NCBI GenBank assembly: GCA_026708565.1
Contig: JAPOUR010000002.1
Location: forward strand, 49,131-113,130
Direction: 5' to 3'
Length of the DNA: 64,000 nt
From: Candidatus Dadabacteria bacterium
Lineage (GTDB): Bacteria > Desulfobacterota_D > UBA1144 > Nemesobacterales > Mycalebacteriaceae
Below are positions 1-8,187 of the stretch, one piece after another; within the stretch, counting starts at the first letter, position 1, and each line of letters begins with the position of its first letter. The notes beneath the pieces are model-generated. The model made no database searches, had not been told where the DNA came from, and saw only the letters and a list, made by a program, of their open reading frames with translations. A program made the translations under genes and the position numbers.

Positions 1-872
1 ACCGTCTTGGTCCAAATGGTTTTGGCCGGCGGGATTATCAGGTTGAAAGTGAAACTTATCAGCCCGACAACCTCTTTAGCCGGAATCTGGCCGCCCATGA
101 AATCAAAAGGCGTGCCGGACATGTACCAGGCGCGGATGTCATCTCCCGTTGCAGTCCTCACACTGTCCGGGTCAAGCTGGAAGCGGTGTCCCGTTCCAAA
201 TGCCGGAGGCAGCTCCGAAGGCAGGTAGGTAACCTCGTGGATGCTTGAGGTTACGTCCGGACGGGTCGTGATGCGGTAATTCATCCTTCCCCAGTCAGTC
301 TGTCCGTAGAAGGTAGGCTTCACAGACAGCTCCTTGTCGGAGTAGCGGCCGTTTGCAGTGTGCAGAATGTAGCCCCGACGCTCCATGAGCATGTTGAAGT
401 AGTTGTTGTTCGTTCCATGCTCAAAGGCGGCGATGTAGGCGGCCTTTTTCGGAAATCCGAAAGGCTCCTTTCCGGCCCATATCGGGGAGTCATTGGAAAG
501 ATACATGTAGGGGTAGTACCCCGCCTTGTATGTGTTTCCGTCCTCACCGTTAACGGCGGCCGAAAAAGTTACGCCCATCTCCATGTAGGGGCCGAGCATC
601 GTGTTCTTGTGGATGACGTACCAGAATTCGATAACGTCGTCCTGAAGCTGAATCGGCTCAGGCAGAATTTTCTTCATGTCGTTCTCATCTGCCCTAATTA
701 CGAATGCCATCCAGCGGCTCTCCGTGTAGGTGAGCGGCACGATGTCGTAGTCAAAGACAGGGTCGGCGACACCCTGAGAGATGATGTCTATCCTGTCTCT
801 GTCCATTGGCAGCGGGGGGACTTCCCCTTCCGCGAGCCAAGGGTAGCTGTACTCATTAGCTTGCATTCCCAT
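1..872 (-). CDS. acetoacetate decarboxylase (ADC) family protein; 3' end runs off the window
   Basis: Absent from the ORF track because there is no stop in the window. Hand translation of the minus strand from ATG (complement of 870-872) reads MGMQANEYSYPWLAEGEVPPLPMDRDRIDI...GYYPYMYLSNDSPIWAGKEPFGFPKKAAYI...LISFTFNLIIPPAKTIWTKTV, with no stop down to position 1. AAGGAGG lies 8 nt upstream. It aligns clearly with the next gene. The FGFPKK motif matches the ADC Schiff-base KK motif (Clostridium Adc ...SAYPKKLGY). Confidence 0.75.
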   Translation of the reverse strand, partial: MGMQANEYSYPWLAEGEVPPLPMDRDRIDIISQGVADPVFDYDIVPLTYTESRWMAFVIRADENDMKKILPEPIQLQDDVIEFWYVIHKNTMLGPYMEMGVTFSAAVNGEDGNTYKAGYYPYMYLSNDSPIWAGKEPFGFPKKAAYIAAFEHGTNNNYFNMLMERRGYILHTANGRYSDKELSVKPTFYGQTDWGRMNYRITTRPDVTSSIHEVTYLPSELPPAFGTGHRFQLDPDSVRTATGDDIRAWYMSGTPFDFMGGQIPAKEVVGLISFTFNLIIPPAKTIWTKT

Positions 873-901
873 TGTTCAATTAACCTCCTTGAAAGTTAAC
901 A

Positions 902-1879
902 TCAGGAACCCTGACTTATCGGGAACTGCTGGCGCAGACCGTATTTGTACGGAGTAGCAAATCCGGCGTAGTCAGCGGGTCTCTCGTAAGTCTCATTCCA
1001 AAGGACCTGCGCGGGCGGGATGACAAGGTCAAACACGAACGAGATGAGTCCCGTTACTTTGTCAATCTTGAGTTCCGTCCCCATGTTGTCAAACGGGGTG
1101 CCCTGCATAAACCAGTTCACGGCGTCGCCGGAAGCGGTTCTGGTGTGTTCAGGTTTGATCTGGAAGCGGTGTCCTTTGATCATTGAATCAAAGGGCGGCG
1201 GCAGTTCGGACGGCAGGTATGTGAGCTGCCACTCGGAGCTGGAAACATCAGGCCTTGTGATGACCTTCATGTTAAATTTGCCCCAATCCGTCTTTCCGTA
1301 GAAATACGGCGGCTTCACGTCCTTGTCGTCAAACTTACCTGTTGCGCTGTGCATCAGGTAGCCGTTACGCGACATTGCAAACCCGAAGAAGTCGGTTCCC
1401 TTCTCACCGCCGTGCACTGAGCAACGGATGTAGGACATCTTTTTGGGAAATCCAAGGACACGCCCCGCGTCAACGGGTGCGTCTCCGGTGAGATACATGT
1501 ACGGGTAGTAACCGGCTTTCCAGACGTTACCTTTCGGGTCCTTGTAGGTCGCCGACATGGTAACACCAAACTCCAGGTACGGGCCGAGCATCGTGTTCTT
1601 GTGGTCAACGTACCAGAATTCAACAAGGTCGGCGTCGTCCCCGTCCCACGGCTCAAGCGGCGGGTTAGGGATAAGGCGGCGCCTTGTCTCTTCTGAACAG
1701 CTGACTACAAAAGCAGACCAACGGCTGTCCGTGTAGGTGAGAGGAAGGACGTCTATGTCCCAAAGCGGATCCGAAGGATTCGCTATGATCCAAGACTTTA
1801 TATCCCTCTCAATCGGAGGAGGCGGAACCTCCTTCGTCATCTCCCAATATTTACTTGGGACATTGAGGTGACTAGGCAT
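902..1879 (-). CDS. acetoacetate decarboxylase (ADC) family protein, tandem paralog
   Basis: ORF 902..1945 trimmed to the internal ATG (MPSHLNVPSKYWEM...), which is preceded by AAGGAGG. Motifs YYPYMYLTGDAPVDAGRVLGFPKKMSY align to the ADC catalytic region. Confidence 0.75.
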   Translation of the reverse strand: MPSHLNVPSKYWEMTKEVPPPPIERDIKSWIIANPSDPLWDIDVLPLTYTDSRWSAFVVSCSEETRRRLIPNPPLEPWDGDDADLVEFWYVDHKNTMLGPYLEFGVTMSATYKDPKGNVWKAGYYPYMYLTGDAPVDAGRVLGFPKKMSYIRCSVHGGEKGTDFFGFAMSRNGYLMHSATGKFDDKDVKPPYFYGKTDWGKFNMKVITRPDVSSSEWQLTYLPSELPPPFDSMIKGHRFQIKPEHTRTASGDAVNWFMQGTPFDNMGTELKIDKVTGLISFVFDLVIPPAQVLWNETYERPADYAGFATPYKYGLRQQFPISQGS

Positions 1880-2278
1880 AAGAGTAATTACCTCCTTTTT
1901 GGTAATCTCCCGGCCGCCACCTAGTTCTAAATGCGACCGGGGCAATTGATGTGGGAGTTGCGGGAAGAAGAGTGTGAGAACGACCTTACACCCTGCCCGC
2001 TACCCCAACCTCGCCGTAACTGTAAACACCGCTACTGGGGGCTGTCAATAGCGAAAGCGAAATTTTTTCAAAAAATTAAGTCTAAAATCTAACGGACTCC
2101 GCGTCCGCGCCCCCAAGCCGCCCCCGCATCCCTCAAATATAGTGTAAGTGCCTGAAATGTATAACTTTTTTGCACATACGCCGTTTTCAGCCGCAACCCC
2201 GCCCGCCGGTCGGCTGCTTTTGAGGCGGCTGTTTTGCCCGTCTCTGCGGGGCTTCAATAAAGTAAACCGCTTTTCCGC

Positions 2279-2698
2279 CTATTTCCCGCGTATGACCATG
2301 TAGGTAACCTGTGCCACGGCGACCTGCCGTCCGTCCGTGTCCGTCAGGGAGACGTCCACCGGGCAGAGGGTTCTGCCTGCTTTTATGACGGTTGCAGCGG
2401 CGGTTATGTCCGAGCGGCACGGGCGGAGAAACCGGATGTGAATGTCCGTTGTGGTAATGACGGCTTCCGCTCCGGCAACCGTCAGAACGGCGGCCGCCGC
2501 GACCGTGTCCGCCGCCGTGGTTATGAGGCCGCCGTGGAAGGTGTCAAATATGCCCTCGTAGTTTTTCTTTCTGGGAACTCTCAGTTCGCACGTCCCTTCG
2601 TCCAGCCTTGTTATCTCGGCGGAGAGGAGTTTCATTATGGGAACTCCGTTCATCTTCCGCTCCACCTCTTTCAGAACAGCACTTTTTTTTGCGTCCAT
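2279..2698 (-). CDS. PaaI-family hotdog-fold thioesterase
   Basis: C-terminal 139 aa of ORF 2279..3049, starting MDAKKSAVLKEVERKMNGVPIMKLL. The FHGGLITTAADTVAAAAV motif is typical of PaaI/YbgC-like thioesterases. The upstream ORF extension overlaps folD and is rejected. Confidence 0.7.
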   Translation of the reverse strand: MDAKKSAVLKEVERKMNGVPIMKLLSAEITRLDEGTCELRVPRKKNYEGIFDTFHGGLITTAADTVAAAAVLTVAGAEAVITTTDIHIRFLRPCRSDITAAATVIKAGRTLCPVDVSLTDTDGRQVAVAQVTYMVIRGK

Positions 2699-2789
2699 TT
2701 GACAAGCCCTCCGGTGTTTGCCGCTTCCCGGCTCTCTTTTTATGGTAACCTGTAACTCCCGCCTGCGGCAACGGCGCGGGATTTTACCG

Positions 2790-3653
2790 ATGGCCGCAAA
2801 GATAATAGACGGAGAAAAGATTTCCGCCCGCTTGCGGCGCGGCATCGCCTCGGAGGTTGAATCTCTCAGAGAGTCAAGCGGTGTTACGCCCGGCCTCGCG
2901 GCCGTTCTGGTGGGAAACGACCCGGCTTCCGAGATATATGTGGAGCGCAAAACGCGCGCGTGTGGCGAGGTGGGAATTCGCTCCGAAGAAGTGCGTCTCG
3001 GCGCGGAGACGACCGAAGGGGAGTTGCTCTCCGTCATAGAGCGCCTCAACGCAGACCCGGAAGTTCACGGCATACTGGTTCAACTGCCGCTCCCTCAGGG
3101 CATAAATGAAACCGCCGTGCTGGGCGCGGTCTCGCCCCTGAAAGATGTGGACGGCTTTCATCCCGAAAACATGGGAATGCTTATGGAGGGCAATCCGCGT
3201 TTTATCTCGTGCACGCCCTACGGCATTATGGAGATTATTGACCATTTGGGGATAGATGTTCTCGGCAAAGACATAGTGGTTATCGGCAGAAGCAACATAG
3301 TGGGCAAGCCGGTCGCGGCGATGCTTTTGAACAGAGACGCCACTGTTACGGTCTGCCACTTGTGCACGAAGAACCTTGCCGCTTTCACGCGCGGGGCGGA
3401 GATACTTATAGTTGCCATCGGCTGCTCCGAGTTCATCAAGGGGGATATGATAAGGGAGGGGGCGGTGGTGATAGATGTGGGAATCAACAGGGACGGGAAC
3501 GGCAGGATAACGGGAGATGTGGATTTTGAGTCCGCATCAAAGGTGTGTTCGCGCATAACGCCCGTTCCGGGCGGGGTTGGCCCTATGACTATAACAATGC
3601 TTCTGAGCAACACCCTTCAGGCGGCGCGGTTGGCGGTTGAAAGGAAGGGGTAA
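2790..3653 (+). CDS. folD: bifunctional methylenetetrahydrofolate dehydrogenase/cyclohydrolase
   Basis: MAAKIIDGEKISARLR...PGLAAVLVGNDPASEIYVERKTRAC...HGILVQLPLP...ITPVPGGVGPMTI are canonical FolD motifs. Start set at the ATG at 2790. Confidence 0.95.
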   Translation: MAAKIIDGEKISARLRRGIASEVESLRESSGVTPGLAAVLVGNDPASEIYVERKTRACGEVGIRSEEVRLGAETTEGELLSVIERLNADPEVHGILVQLPLPQGINETAVLGAVSPLKDVDGFHPENMGMLMEGNPRFISCTPYGIMEIIDHLGIDVLGKDIVVIGRSNIVGKPVAAMLLNRDATVTVCHLCTKNLAAFTRGAEILIVAIGCSEFIKGDMIREGAVVIDVGINRDGNGRITGDVDFESASKVCSRITPVPGGVGPMTITMLLSNTLQAARLAVERKG

Positions 3654-3662
3654 AGGTTGCCG

Positions 3663-4334
3663 TCAGGGACGGAGCAAGTCTGAGATTTCTTGAAAATCAG
3701 GATGGTTTTTGTGTATGTCTTGCCACATATCAAAAGTCGTTTTGCCCTCACTATCCCTTGCCTCAATATCCGCCCCCGCTTTCAGTAACTCCCTTATTGC
3801 TTCAGTTTGCCCTCTGATCGCCGCCCACATCAGAGATGTCTCGCCGAAATTAGCCTTTGCGTTGACATCCGCCCCTGCTTTCAACAACTCCCTTATTGCT
3901 TCGGTTTGCTTGAACCATGTCGCCCCTATCAGGGCTGTATTACCGAGATTACTCCTTGCCTCAATATTTGCCCCCGCTTTCAGCAACTCCCTTATTGCTT
4001 CGGTATGCCCTTTGGTCGCCGCCACTCCCAGAGCTGTATTGCCGAGATTATCCCCTGCTTCAATATTCGCCCCTGCTTTCAGCAACTCCCTTGTTGCTTC
4101 GGTATGCCCTAAATACGCCGCCACTCCCAGAGCCGTATTGCCGAAATTATCCCTTGCGTTGACATCCGCCCCTGCTTTTAACAATTCTCGTATTGTTTCG
4201 GTTTGTCCTTCTACCACCGCCACAATCAAAGCCGTCCTACCGTCATTATCCCTTGCATTAACATTAGAACTCTTCTTGTAAAGAAAAACCATTCCCGCCA
4301 AGATAAGAACTGCCACAACTATTGCTACCTCCAT
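3663..4334 (-). CDS. membrane-anchored ankyrin-repeat protein (N-terminal TM helix plus 6 ANK repeats)
   Basis: N-terminus MEVAIVVAVLILAGMVFLY is hydrophobic. It is followed by six 33-aa units of the form DNxGNTALxxAxxxGHTEAIRELLKAGAxxxA. AGGAGGG SD upstream. Confidence 0.9.
   Translation of the reverse strand: MEVAIVVAVLILAGMVFLYKKSSNVNARDNDGRTALIVAVVEGQTETIRELLKAGADVNARDNFGNTALGVAAYLGHTEATRELLKAGANIEAGDNLGNTALGVAATKGHTEAIRELLKAGANIEARSNLGNTALIGATWFKQTEAIRELLKAGADVNAKANFGETSLMWAAIRGQTEAIRELLKAGADIEARDSEGKTTFDMWQDIHKNHPDFQEISDLLRP
3765..4259. repeat. tandem 99-bp coding repeats (ankyrin units) with high nucleotide identity
   Basis: Five consecutive 99-nt units share long identical strings, e.g. 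gcccc(t/c)gctttcagcaactccctt(a/g)ttgcttcggt. The period equals one 33-aa ANK repeat. Confidence 0.85.
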
Positions 4335-4369
4335 CTCAAACCCTCCTGTAACAGTTTAATGTAGGCATT

Positions 4370-4476
4370 ATATCCACCCACCAAACCGCTTCTCCACAAT
4401 TCCACAAACCTTTCCACACAGTTTCAACGGGTTTTCCACAGTTCAGGGGCAGTTTTCCACACCCGGATGTGGAAAA
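4370..4476. promoter_or_regulatory. cluster of seven DnaA-box-like 9-mers (TTWTNCACA family)
   Basis: TTTTCCACA at 4432-4440 and 4453-4461, with the inverted TGTGGAAAA at 4468-4476, are perfect fits to TTWTNCACA. TTCTCCACA (4390-4398) and CTTTCCACA (4410-4418) have one mismatch each. AATTCCACA (4398-4406) and ATATCCACC (4370-4378) have two mismatches each. An AT-rich stretch, acagtttaatgtaggcattatat, lies just to the left. Confidence 0.5.
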
Positions 4477-4970
4477 AAACGGCTCTCTTTCATCTCAACC
4501 CTGAAGTTGTCTTTAACGCCCGCAAGCATCTCCGCAACTGTTTCGCCCGTTTCCGGGTGAGTGAAACCGGGCGCAATGAGGGCTAACGGCTCAAGAATAA
4601 AACGCCTTTCACGGGCAAGCGGGTGGGGAATTCGCAACCCCCCGCTTTCAATCACTTCGCCCCCGTAAAACAGTATGTCAAGATCAATTATTCTCGGTCT
4701 GTTGTTTCCCTTTTCCCGCCGCCCCATTGCCCTTTCAACCTCCTGAAGTTTCATCAGCAGGTCTTCCGGAGCGGGCGCGCCCTCCAACTCCGCGACCGCA
4801 TTCATAAAAAACGGCTGTTCATCCTCCACGCCCACCGGCTCGGTTTCAAACAGGGGCGAGACCTTTACGACAGACGCAAAAGATGACACATGCAAAAGCG
4901 CGCGGACGCAGTTTGCCTCCCTGTCGCCAAGGTTTGTTCCTATTCCGATAAAGATTCGCGCCCCGCTCAA
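4443..4970 (-). CDS. folK: 2-amino-4-hydroxy-6-hydroxymethyldihydropteridine diphosphokinase (HPPK)
   Basis: IFIGIGTNLGDREANC...SPLFETEPVG...RPRIIDLDILFYG...IPHPLARERRFILEPL are HPPK signatures. The stop overlaps the thiD-folK ATGA junction at 4967-4970. Confidence 0.9.
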   Translation of the reverse strand: MSGARIFIGIGTNLGDREANCVRALLHVSSFASVVKVSPLFETEPVGVEDEQPFFMNAVAELEGAPAPEDLLMKLQEVERAMGRREKGNNRPRIIDLDILFYGGEVIESGGLRIPHPLARERRFILEPLALIAPGFTHPETGETVAEMLAGVKDNFRVEMKESRFFPHPGVENCP

Positions 4971-5707
4971 GAGTTCCGCTCCCGCCTTATCATATCGGAC
5001 ACAAAATCCCCCGCCCTTGCGACCGCCTCTTTTTCGTCCAGCCCCCTTGCAAGAAACGCGCAGAGGGCGGACGAGAACACACAGCCCGTTCCGCGCGCGC
5101 TCCCGCCCTCCCTTTTGCGCCTGATTTTATGAGACCGCCCGCCGGAAAACAGCAAGTCGCAAACCTCGCTTCCCGGCAAATGCCCGCCCGTTATGATGAC
5201 CGCGCGCGCCCCGAACGCCCCTATGGCGCGCGCTGCGGTTTCCATGTCATCCTCGCTTTCCACCGCCCCGCCGCAAAACCTGCCCGCCTCCTCGGTGTTG
5301 GGCGTAACAAAGTCGCACAGCGGGAGCAACTCTTTTTTGAGCGCCTCCACGCCGCCGTCAGTCAGCAGGGGCGAGCCGGAGGAGGATTTCATAACGGGGT
5401 CCGCCACTATATTGCCGAGGGAATAGTCCCTTATGTTGCGGCACACGGCGATGACCGTTTCCTCGTCAAACAGCATTCCCGTTTTTGCCGCGTCCGGCGC
5501 TCCCGCCTCCACAGCGGCGGCGAACATGGCGTCTATAAGGGCGGTCGGGGTTTTTTCCGCCGCCCGAACCCCGCCGCCGGTCTGCGCCGTCAGGCAGACG
5601 CACACCGCGCTTCCCCGGACGCCGAGGGCGGAAAATGTTTTCAAGTCGGCGCTGAGACCCGCGCCGTCCGAGGAATCAAAACCGGCTATTGAGAGCGCGC
5701 TACGCAT
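4967..5707 (-). CDS. thiD: hydroxymethylpyrimidine/phosphomethylpyrimidine kinase
   Basis: ALSIAGFDSSDGAGLSADLKTFSALGV...VADPVMKSSSG...VTPNTEEA...GTGCVFSSAL is the ThiD/PfkB-type pattern. Confidence 0.85.
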   Translation of the reverse strand: MRSALSIAGFDSSDGAGLSADLKTFSALGVRGSAVCVCLTAQTGGGVRAAEKTPTALIDAMFAAAVEAGAPDAAKTGMLFDEETVIAVCRNIRDYSLGNIVADPVMKSSSGSPLLTDGGVEALKKELLPLCDFVTPNTEEAGRFCGGAVESEDDMETAARAIGAFGARAVIITGGHLPGSEVCDLLFSGGRSHKIRRKREGGSARGTGCVFSSALCAFLARGLDEKEAVARAGDFVSDMIRRERNS

Positions 5708-5798
5708 GGCTTGAACTGTTTAACAGACGGCGGGGGATTTTACAAAAACGCGCGGGGCTGTATAATTGCGGTCTCAAGTTCAAACGGAGAGGTGAGTT

Positions 5799-6215
5799 AT
5801 GGGAGAACCGCAGATATTTATGCCCGAACTTTTCAGGGAGGATGAGGAGGGGAGAGTCCGCCTTGTCGCCGGATACTGCCCGGAGTCAAAGAACTGGACA
5901 TTCCCCCGGTATCTTGCCGACCCGGTGAGTTTCACCGATAACATTGAGGAAAAACTGCTGAGCCCCACCGGGGTTCTTCACTCTTTCACAGTCGTGCGCA
6001 GGCACATGAAGGAATATGAGAATGTGATTCCATTTGTGCTTGCCCTTGTTGATTTCCCTGAGACCGTGCGCGTTATGGCGCAGGTTGAGACCAAGGATTT
6101 TGACGCGCTGACCTTCGGCGAAGAGATGGCGGTTACCACCGGCATCATAAGAAAAGCCGCCGACGGCAGCGATGTGGTTTCCTACAAATTCATCCCCGTG
6201 CGGGAAATGAAGTAA
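5799..6215 (+). CDS. DUF35-type OB-fold protein (acyl-CoA/thiolase-associated family)
   Basis: 138 aa. The C-terminal OB-fold pattern GVLHSFTVVR...PFVLALVDFPETVRVMAQV is typical of DUF35. The N-terminal Zn ribbon looks degenerate. Preceded by TATAAT and a GGAGAGG SD. Confidence 0.55.
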   Translation: MGEPQIFMPELFREDEEGRVRLVAGYCPESKNWTFPRYLADPVSFTDNIEEKLLSPTGVLHSFTVVRRHMKEYENVIPFVLALVDFPETVRVMAQVETKDFDALTFGEEMAVTTGIIRKAADGSDVVSYKFIPVREMK

Positions 6216-6220
6216 CTAAC

Positions 6221-6751
6221 CTACCACTCAGCCCTGATGGTCTTGCCGGGCACAAGCCCCTTCCTTTTCAAAAATCCCGCCGGAAGTTCAAGGGCGGCGG
6301 TGTATTCAGCGCCGGGCGCGTATTTTCCCGCCTCCGCAAAACACCGCCGCTCCCACCGCCGCTTGCTCTCAAAAACCCCGCGCGGACACTTCTTCATCCT
6401 CACCGCCCGGACAACATTTCCGTCTTCTCCTATGTAGAGAATGTCCAGATCTATGTAAGTGTTGAGCATCCAGAATCCGCCCGACACGGGGGAGTCAAAC
6501 ACAAACAGCATCCCGCTTCCGTCAGGCAAATTTCTTCTGCACATCAGGCCGAGGGCTTTGTCTTTGGCGGAGGACGCAACCTCCGCGCGGACTTCCGCCC
6601 GCGCCCCCGCGCCTGAGAGCAGCACGGTTGTCTTTTCAAGCGGCGGGCGGGCAACCCCCCCGCAGTCAGACCGGAAGTGAAAGTCCGCCGCCGCTGGTCG
6701 CGCCCACAAAACCGCCGTCAGGCAGAAAACAAAAAACGCCGCGCCTTTCAA
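6221..6751 (-). CDS. DUF192 domain protein, secreted
   Basis: Signal peptide MKGAAFFVFCLTAVLWARPAAA. The core GLMCRRNLPDGSGMLFVFDSPVSGGFWMLNTYIDLDILYI matches the DUF192 consensus (GLM.R...GMLF.F...FWM.NT..PLDI). Confidence 0.65.
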   Translation of the reverse strand: MKGAAFFVFCLTAVLWARPAAADFHFRSDCGGVARPPLEKTTVLLSGAGARAEVRAEVASSAKDKALGLMCRRNLPDGSGMLFVFDSPVSGGFWMLNTYIDLDILYIGEDGNVVRAVRMKKCPRGVFESKRRWERRCFAEAGKYAPGAEYTAALELPAGFLKRKGLVPGKTIRAEW

Positions 6752-8109
6752 CCTTCCATCGCTTCGGCGACCGCCCGCTCAACCGCGCCCCTTATTTCAC
6801 CGAGGCGTTTTTCACTCTCCGCCTCAAAGCGAAGCACCAGCGCGGGCTGGGTGTTTGATGCCCGCACAAGCCCCCACCCGCCCGGAAACTCCGCCCGGAC
6901 GCCGTCTATGTCAACGATTTTCGCTTCGGGGAATCTCTCCGCTATCAGGGTTTTCACCCTTTCCGCCGCCCCGAACTTTTTATCATCCGGGCAGTCCGCC
7001 CGTATCTCCGGCGTGGAGAAAAGGGGCGGAACATCCGCCAGAAGCCCGGAGGGGCTCTTGCCCGTTTTTGACACTATTTCCAGAAGTCTTACCCCCGCAT
7101 AAAGCGCGTCATCGTATCCGGGAAACCTGTCTCCGAAGAATATGTGCCCGCTCATTTCTCCGGCAAGGTCGGCCTTCTCATCGGTCAGTTTCTTTTTCAT
7201 AAGCGAGTGCCCGGTTTTCCACATAATCGCTTCCGCTCCGGATTTTTCCGACAGTTCAAACAGCAATTTTGAGCATTTGACATCACCTATTATCTTCGCG
7301 CCCGGCACGCCCGCGGCTATGTCAAGGGCGAAGATGAGCGTGAGCATGTCGCCCCGCACAACGTCTCCGCCGCCGTCCACAACGCCGAGGCGGTCTGCGT
7401 CTCCGTCAAACGCCATTCCCAGAGGAAGGTTTTTGTCCCGCACCGCCGCAATGAGGTCTGCCAGGTTTTCCTCCACTGACGGGTCGGGGTGGTGGTTGGG
7501 AAATGTTCCGTCCGGTTCGGTGAACAGCCCCTCCGCCCTGCAGCCCAGTTTTTCAAACACAAGCGGAGCGGCAATGCCGCCCGTTCCGTTCCCGCAGTCG
7601 TAGGCAAACTCAATTCCCCTCTCCACCCGGACGTTTTCGCACAGAAAGTCCGCATATCTTCCGGTTATGTCGGCTTCGGACTTTTTGCCGCGCCCGACTC
7701 TTGAGGGCGGCGGGCTTGTTGCGAGAGCCCTTATGTCATCGCCGAACATGGCGCTTTTGCCCATGCACAGTTTGAGCCCGTTGTATTCGGGGGGGTTGTG
7801 GCTCGCCGTTACCACCGCGCCGCCGCCGAGGTCCATATCAAAAATGGAGAAATAAAGCATGGGCGTTGACACAAGGCCGATGTCAACAACGTTCACTCCC
7901 TCGCCTGTTATGCCGTCCGCGAGGGCGGCGGCAAGTTTCTCCGAGTCAGGGCGGCAGTCTCTGCCGACGGCGACCGTTTCCGCCCCCTCGCGCCTTGCCC
8001 TCGCGCCGTATGACCGCCCAATGGCGAAGACCGTCTCCTCGTTTATCTGGTCTCCCACCGTTCCCCTGATGTCGTACTCTCTGAAGATGTTTTGCATGTT
8101 TCCACTCAT
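6748..8109 (-). CDS. phosphomannomutase/phosphoglucomutase (alpha-D-phosphohexomutase family)
   Basis: IFREYDIRG..., TASHNPPEYNGLKL (active-site Ser loop), MAFDGDADRLG (Mg loop) and GEMSGHIFF. ORF 6748..8214 trimmed to the ATG at 8109 (MSGNMQNIFREYDIRG). Confidence 0.9.
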   Translation of the reverse strand: MSGNMQNIFREYDIRGTVGDQINEETVFAIGRSYGARARREGAETVAVGRDCRPDSEKLAAALADGITGEGVNVVDIGLVSTPMLYFSIFDMDLGGGAVVTASHNPPEYNGLKLCMGKSAMFGDDIRALATSPPPSRVGRGKKSEADITGRYADFLCENVRVERGIEFAYDCGNGTGGIAAPLVFEKLGCRAEGLFTEPDGTFPNHHPDPSVEENLADLIAAVRDKNLPLGMAFDGDADRLGVVDGGGDVVRGDMLTLIFALDIAAGVPGAKIIGDVKCSKLLFELSEKSGAEAIMWKTGHSLMKKKLTDEKADLAGEMSGHIFFGDRFPGYDDALYAGVRLLEIVSKTGKSPSGLLADVPPLFSTPEIRADCPDDKKFGAAERVKTLIAERFPEAKIVDIDGVRAEFPGGWGLVRASNTQPALVLRFEAESEKRLGEIRGAVERAVAEAMEG

Positions 8110-8187
8110 AAACTTGAGTATTTTACCTCTTTTACCGAGGGTATTGAGGACTTTAGTAGGTATGTTTATTACAGTAAAGCAATATAG

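Noticed and set aside
2100-2170. A sigma-54 (-24/-12) promoter for the ADC genes.
   Set aside because: A GGCAC-like string is present on the minus strand but no TTGC(A/T) lies at the required spacing.
2699-3049. 5' extensions of track ORFs, e.g. 2279-3049, 6748-8214, 23766-25166, 38557-40128, 37743-38792 and 57756-60251.
   Set aside because: The extensions overlap neighbouring genes or lack similarity to the family N-termini. Internal starts with SD or -10 elements reproduce canonical N-termini such as MAAKIIDG and MSGNMQNIFREYDIRG.
3765-4259. A regular 99-bp periodic repeat that could be mistaken for a CRISPR-like or satellite array.
   Set aside because: The period equals one 33-aa ankyrin unit inside an uninterrupted ORF, and there is no spacer/repeat alternation.
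4453-4476. Hairpin ttttccaca-cccgga-tgtggaaaa considered as a rho-independent terminator for folK.
   Set aside because: It lies inside the folK coding 3' end. On the folK (minus) strand no T run follows it, and on the plus strand it is followed by A residues. It is better explained as a convergent DnaA-box-like pair.
5708-5798. A TPP riboswitch upstream of thiD, and a Trp attenuator or T-box upstream of trpE (8758-8861).
   Set aside because: The regions are short (~90-100 nt) and lack the conserved TPP-riboswitch CUGAGA core, T-box motifs or a Trp-rich leader peptide.
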